64,000 bases of DNA from the NCBI GenBank assembly GCA_951406725.2, contig OX597820.1, positions 35,154,001-35,218,000 on the forward strand, in the 5' to 3' direction. The translations under genes were made by a program, and so were the position numbers. The notes below the pieces were generated by a model. That model saw only the letters and a program-made list of their open reading frames with translations, had not been told where the DNA came from and did not search any database. Below, piece by piece: positions 58,090 to 64,000 of the stretch. Numbering within the stretch: position 1 is the first letter of the stretch; every line of letters begins with the position of its first letter. Source of the DNA: Octopus vulgaris (taxonomy: Eukaryota).

Positions 58090-58460
58090 TCTCTCTCTCT
58101 GTTTATTCTCCCTTATTCCTTTCTGTTACAGAGCGTAGGCTCGAAACGTAAAGACTTTCTCATTTTCCCGAGCGTAAAAGACTTTCTCATTTTCCCGAAC
58201 GTAAAAGACTTTCTCATTTTCTCTGCTCGTTGTTCATACATCTGTCTTCGCCTTTTGGTTTTCTGTATATTTCAACTACACACACACACATATATATATA
58301 TATATAAGTGCATGCGTGCGTGTGTGTATACATGAGCGTAGGCTCGAAACGTAAAAGACTTGTTTTATTTATATTCCTGAGCACCATACTAATACAATTG
58401 TTTGTTTGTATTCCACCTGCCTTCGTCTTTTGTTTATTTTCATAAAGCTTCCCGTTATAT
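58090..58460 (+). mobile_element. Two PLE-like pLTR fragments with an internal 27-bp triplication
   Basis: gagcgtaggctcgaaacgtaaa motif twice; cgtaaaagactttctcattttcccga repeated. Confidence 0.6.
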
Positions 58461-58584
58461 ATCTGTATCTGTATGTGAGTATGTATATTCGCTTCTATTT
58501 TCAATCATTTGAAGTTTTCTTGTAAAGAAGAAACTGTTTTTTAACGAAGGTTACAAAACGCAGTCATTGGAGTGTAGATAAAAC

Positions 58585-59395
58585 AAATTCACATTCTAAT
58601 CTTCATAAAAAGTTTTGCATATTTTTACCCTCTCATTTAAAGATTGTATCTGAGTGTTAATTAATTGATTTCTTTTTCTGAAAAAAAACCCCTAGTTTGT
58701 ACAGATTGTCACAGTATTATTGGCATAAATGCGAATTTATAATCTAGGTATAAAATCTGGAGGTTACGAAGCAGCTGTCCGTAGTTATCTTCTTTCTCAT
58801 TGATTTTCAAAGAGATATTCACATCAGCGGGACTGCTGATCTCTGTGATGGTACATACTTTTGTCTGTCCCCAAAATGCTATCCATCCTGTTATGTTTGC
58901 ACTCTGTAGAAATTCTGATGGGAATGTTCTACCAACATTCCGGGTCTTGGTGTTTATAACTGTATTCAGTGATAGAAGGGTTCTCTATATTTATCCCCAA
59001 GACAGTTTTTTTTTGTTTTCGAAAGGCGTTATCTATTGTTTTAGCGATAGCTTCGTGTCGCAGTGTGAAGTTATACCTCGATGGCATTTTCGGTCTGTTG
59101 TTGATCACATATTTGATGTCTTGCACATAGATGTGACATAGTCGACATAGTTAGTTGCCTTTTGGGGATACAAGTGTTTCACCCATATTTTTATTTATTG
59201 GGGATACTGTAGCAATCTCCTCTTCTTGAGTTGCAAAATTTCTATGGTGAAATGATGGCATGTGCCAGAGGTAACCGTCATTGCCGCATCCGTGTAAAAG
59301 GTTTTTCATCACTAGCAGGTCTGAATAGCTGAATTTGTGCCGATCGTGTTCAAGAGAAAGATGAAGCGATGCCACTGCTCGAAATCTAATTGTAG
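58585..59395 (-). mobile_element. Decayed RLE-type non-LTR retrotransposon (R4/NeSL-like) 3' region
   Basis: Minus motifs QEEEIAT, RHEAIAKTI, W*NIPI...KHNRMD, DVNISLKINEKEDNYGQL, KICKTF. Confidence 0.75.
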
Positions 59396-59479
59396 CTAAC
59401 ATACATACACACATACACACATACACACATACATACACACACATACACACATACACATACACACATACACACACACATA

Positions 59480-59530
<51 letters not shown>

Positions 59531-59928
59531 ACACACATACACACACATACACACATACATACATACATACATACATACATACATACATACATACATACAT
59601 ACATACATACACACACACACATGTATATACATACATACTTATGTGAGTATCTGTGTGTGTGCGTGCATGCGTGTGTGTGTGTGTTTGTCTCCCATCACCA
59701 CTTGATAATCAGTATTGGTGTATTTACGTCCCGTAACTTAACGGTTCGGCCAAAGCAACAGATAGAATATGAAGCAGGCTTTCAAGAAAGTAAAAAAGCA
59801 CTGGTTTCAATTCATTTGGCTAAAATCTTTCAAGGAGGTACTCGAACATGGTTGTAGTCTAATGACTGAAAAAAGAAAAAAAAAACACACACACACACAC
59901 GCGCACATATAGATAGATAAATGCATCG

Positions 59929-59993
<65 letters not shown>

Positions 59994-60343
59994 TGAGCGA
60001 AAGGAGTTGATTTGTCTTCTTGTCAATCTATTCATGCGGGTCACTCACTAGAAATGAAATATTTTTACAGGCAAAGAACTGAAATTAATGTAACCGTGTT
60101 TGTAAAGAAAACAAAACTACTTCTCCAAATATAACTTTCTAATATTTTACCGATTTTAATCGTCTTTGTCATGTTACACTTTACCGAGATACCAATTACT
60201 TTTCTTATGGCTTCAAAATTGCGTGAATGTATATAAATATATGTAAATGTGTATGAATGACTACGCACACACACTTACTCACAAACATAGATATTCATTC
60301 ATATACATTAGCATACTTATATATGTGTACATATATGTTAATG

Positions 60344-60405
<62 letters not shown>

Positions 60406-60941
60406 CATATATGCACACACGCACATACACACACACACATATATACACATATATATGTATATGCAAATGCATGTATATAAATGTGTGTGTATAAATGTGT
60501 GTGTATATATATATACTTATATGTGTGTGTGTGTATTTATGTATGCATGCATGTATGTATGTATAAATATATATGTATAAACACATATTTTGTTTGGCTT
60601 GTAATTTGCGTGGATGTGTATATGAATACATGCATGTATATATATGTATGTGTGTGTGTGTGTGTGTGTTTGTATAAATGTATGTGTGCATGAGCGTGTG
60701 TGTGCGTGTGTTGCATGTGCACATGTATGCATTATATACATACATACGTACGTACATACATACATGCATGTATATGTATATAAAGGATTAAAAGTCTTCA
60801 TTTACACACACACACACATATATATACTATAGCAAAGAAACACAGAGACAAACGCACAGGCAAACTGTCACAATCACACATTCAATGATTTTCACATATT
60901 CATACAGACGCATATATCACACATCTTCGGTGCAATATATA

Positions 60942-61420
60942 TCTCTTATTATAAAAGGCAGATTTTATCTGCCTCCCTTTGTCAGTTATAGAAATCTACA
61001 ATATAGGATTTCTTCAATTACAATTTACCTAGCATTTTTAAGAGTAGAATGCATCGGGTCATGCCAGGTCCAGTTTTTAAAATTTAAACTCCAATTAAGC
61101 AAAATTTACAGAAAACTCACATTCTGGTGTGTATGTCAAATGCTTTTCTTAATGTGGTTTACACCACACGCACACGCACACACACAGTGTGCAACGAATA
61201 AAATGAAAGTAATTCACCGCGTGTGTGTTGACAGGTAGACAATAGAATGCGATGGCGATGGCGATGTAATATTTGTTTCTGTCTATCACGCTGATAGATA
61301 CATGAGTAAAATGTATGGCAAGCTAAGAGATATAAGAGTGAGTGAAAATGTTCTTGGAAGAGAGTAAATAGCGAGAGTGATTTGAGGAAGACTTTACATT
61401 AAATAACCGTAGTGGCTTGT
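60942..61420 (+). mobile_element. Helitron-like 5' portion
   Basis: A|TCTCTTATTATAAAAGG start; no clear CTRR end. Confidence 0.35.
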
Positions 61421-61924
61421 ATATATATATATATATACATACATAAGACAGTAAGGTGTGATTTGAGGGAGATTTGGCTGCTAATTCTACCATGTCTAGC
61501 TGCCATGTAGGGGTCTCCCTCATAGGCTCATACATACATATATACATAGATAAGACAGTAAGGTGTGATTTGAGGGAAATTTGGCTGCTATTTCTACCAG
61601 GTCTGTTAGGCCTTCTCATGTAAACTCAAGCTTTCTCATGCCTTGAACATAAGACCAAAGCAGAGAATGTATTCTTTTATTCTTCTGCTTTTTCCAGCCA
61701 TTAGTCTGTGGCCATGCTGGGGCAATGCCTTGAAGAATTGTAGTTTAATGAATCAACTCCAGTTTTATTTTTGTAAGCATTGTACTTATTCTATCTGTTT
61801 CCTTTGTCAAACCACTAGGTGACAGGGATGTAAACAAACCAACATTCGTTGTCAAGCAGTGGTGGAGGACAATCACAAGCACAGACACGCACACACACAC
61901 ACATACATGCATACACATATACAC

Positions 61925-61955
<31 letters not shown>

Positions 61956-61973
61956 TGTGTGTGTGTATATATA

Positions 61974-62232
61974 TTGCAGCGTGGAAGGTGTTTGTAAGCC
62001 ATTTAAGAAACACACAAAAACCGTTAGATTCACTTCAACATTTAAATTTAATTTGCCAAAATATTTTCCTCGCTTTGAGACCGCGACCTGTTCACTGAAA
62101 AAAATATCGTGCTAACAGGTCGCGGTCTCAAAGCGACGAAAATATTTTGAAAAATTAAATTTAAATGTTGAAGTGAATCTAACGGTTTTTGTGTGTTTCT
62201 TAAATGGCTTATAAACACCTTCAACGCTGCAA
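61974..62232. repeat. 259-bp foldback (119-bp arms, 21-nt loop), probably an inverted PLE pLTR
   Basis: Arms 61974-62092 and 62114-62232 with about 5 mismatches. Confidence 0.9.
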
Positions 62233-62262
62233 CTGTTTTCAATATTATGTAAATAGAGGAAA

Positions 62263-62656
62263 TCTTTATATATAAAAGTGAGGTTGTGTGTCTGTCTCCT
62301 ACGATTTAGATTCCTAACTACTCCCACATTTTGCGGTGCAGTTTAACCAAAACCGGGTATCTTATAGTCGTGATTCATATCGAGACCGTCTGGGTATTAG
62401 CGCGCGTCTACGATGAGTCTACGATTTAAAAAAAAATTTACCATCAATTTTTCCCATTTTTAATCCAATTTTGACATATATAAGGGAAGTAACTCTCTAA
62501 AATTTATTATTAAATCTCAGAACGTAAAAAGCTACAGTAACACCCCTCCCCTTTGTGGTTAGCCATATTGAGATGGCTATTATACTTTACATTTCTAAAA
62601 ATGCTTATATAATTATTTCCCTTACAAACCCGAGCAACGCCGGGCGATACTGCTAG
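62263..62656 (+). mobile_element. Non-autonomous Helitron, 394 bp
   Basis: A|TCTTTATATATAAAAG start; hairpin cccgagcaacgccggg 62629-62644; CTAG|T end. Confidence 0.85.
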
Positions 62657-62703
<47 letters not shown>

Positions 62704-62717
62704 ATCTTTGTATACAT

Positions 62718-62781
<64 letters not shown>

Positions 62782-62801
62782 ATATATATATGTGTATATA
62801 C

Positions 62802-62835
<34 letters not shown>

Positions 62836-62837
62836 AC

Positions 62838-62875
<38 letters not shown>

Positions 62876-63162
62876 TCGTCCTTAGTCGAAAGACACCTGT
62901 TGTTATGTCCTGTTATTTGTATTTGTGTAACATTATCCATGTTTTTTTTCCGTCCTTATTTTCGTATACATTCGCTGCTTTCTCCCAAGGAATCTAATGT
63001 CCTTAGCTTATTTTTTCCTTAGTGCTGGCCAGATGGAAGCAGTCTCGAGTAAGGAAAGAAAACTCCGAATGAGCCGTCCTTGTTTTCTTTGTATCGTCTA
63101 TCTGGATGTTTTGTTGCCCATTTTTGTATCACATAACAGTCATTTTGTATTTTTTATATATA

Positions 63163-63220
<58 letters not shown>

Positions 63221-63287
63221 GTATGTATACATATATAAATGTATATATTTATAAATATATATACATACAATACATATATATACATAT

Positions 63288-63319
<32 letters not shown>

Positions 63320-63321
<2 letters not shown>

Positions 63322-63884
63322 CTAATTCTTCAATTGTATGTAACACGGGCAACGCCGGGTATCTCTGCTAGTGATATAGTATTAAAAAAAATGCTTAGGT
63401 AAGCTGAAACTCATAAAATTGGGTGGAAATTATGTCGTGAAGTTAATGAGTTCTACGTTGGTCTTCGCGATAAGATATTCAGTCTCTTGACTCAGTGAAT
63501 ATTTCTGCAAGTATTATTCCTCTCACAAGTGTACTTCGAACGCTATGGGCGACGTTGCGGCGACTGTACACAGCTACCGGCCCACAGTCGACGCTATGGC
63601 GACCAGAGCTCGCTCTGCGCGACATTGCGGCGACTCTACACAGCTACCGGCCCACAGTCGACGCTATGGCCACCAGAGCTCGCTCTGGGCGACATTGCGG
63701 CGACTGTACACAGCTACCGGCCCACAGTCGACGCTATGGCGACCAGAGCTCGCTCTGGGCGACAAGGCGACGACTGTACACAGCTACCGGAAACATAGAT
63801 ATTCCAGTTCATTAGAAAAAATATAACAGAAATGTCTAATTCTTCAATTGAATGTAACCGGGCAACGCCGGGTATCTCTCCTAG
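63320..63884 (+). mobile_element. Tandem Helitron 3' termini enclosing a GC-rich 70-bp tandem array
   Basis: Hairpin plus CTAG|T at 63345-63371 and 63858-63884; array units start at 63541, 63611, 63681 and 63751. Confidence 0.75.
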
Positions 63885-63908
63885 TATAGAAATATGTGTG
63901 TGGTGATA

Positions 63909-63955
<47 letters not shown>

Positions 63956-64000
63956 GCACATAATGTCCTTAAGCCGTCTTACTATTTATCAATTATGAAT

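Overview
Repeat-saturated, AT-rich animal DNA. The extreme microsatellite density and the tRNA-derived SINE families suggest a coleoid cephalopod, probably Octopus (inference, no search run). Almost all ORFs in the track are microsatellite or SINE read-throughs. The recognisable content is a layered mobilome: three tRNA-headed SINE families (about 35 copies); decayed RTE, CR1-like and R4/Dong-type LINEs; Penelope-like elements with GIY-YIG remnants and short pLTR pieces carrying hammerhead-like motifs, two of them as long foldbacks; non-autonomous Helitrons; Tc1/mariner remnants; Tc2, Tigger and hAT MITEs; a 502-bp solo LTR; and two copies of a very short LTR family with exact 5-bp TSDs. No intact host gene is visible. 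A phase-compatible chain of small + strand exons (37298, 40408, 49083) may encode a protein C-terminus ending in an ERARLL dileucine motif. I found no clearly novel multi-gene system. The best leads are the hammerhead foldbacks, the miniature LTR element, modular SINE tail swapping and the micro-exon gene. All coordinates were read by eye.
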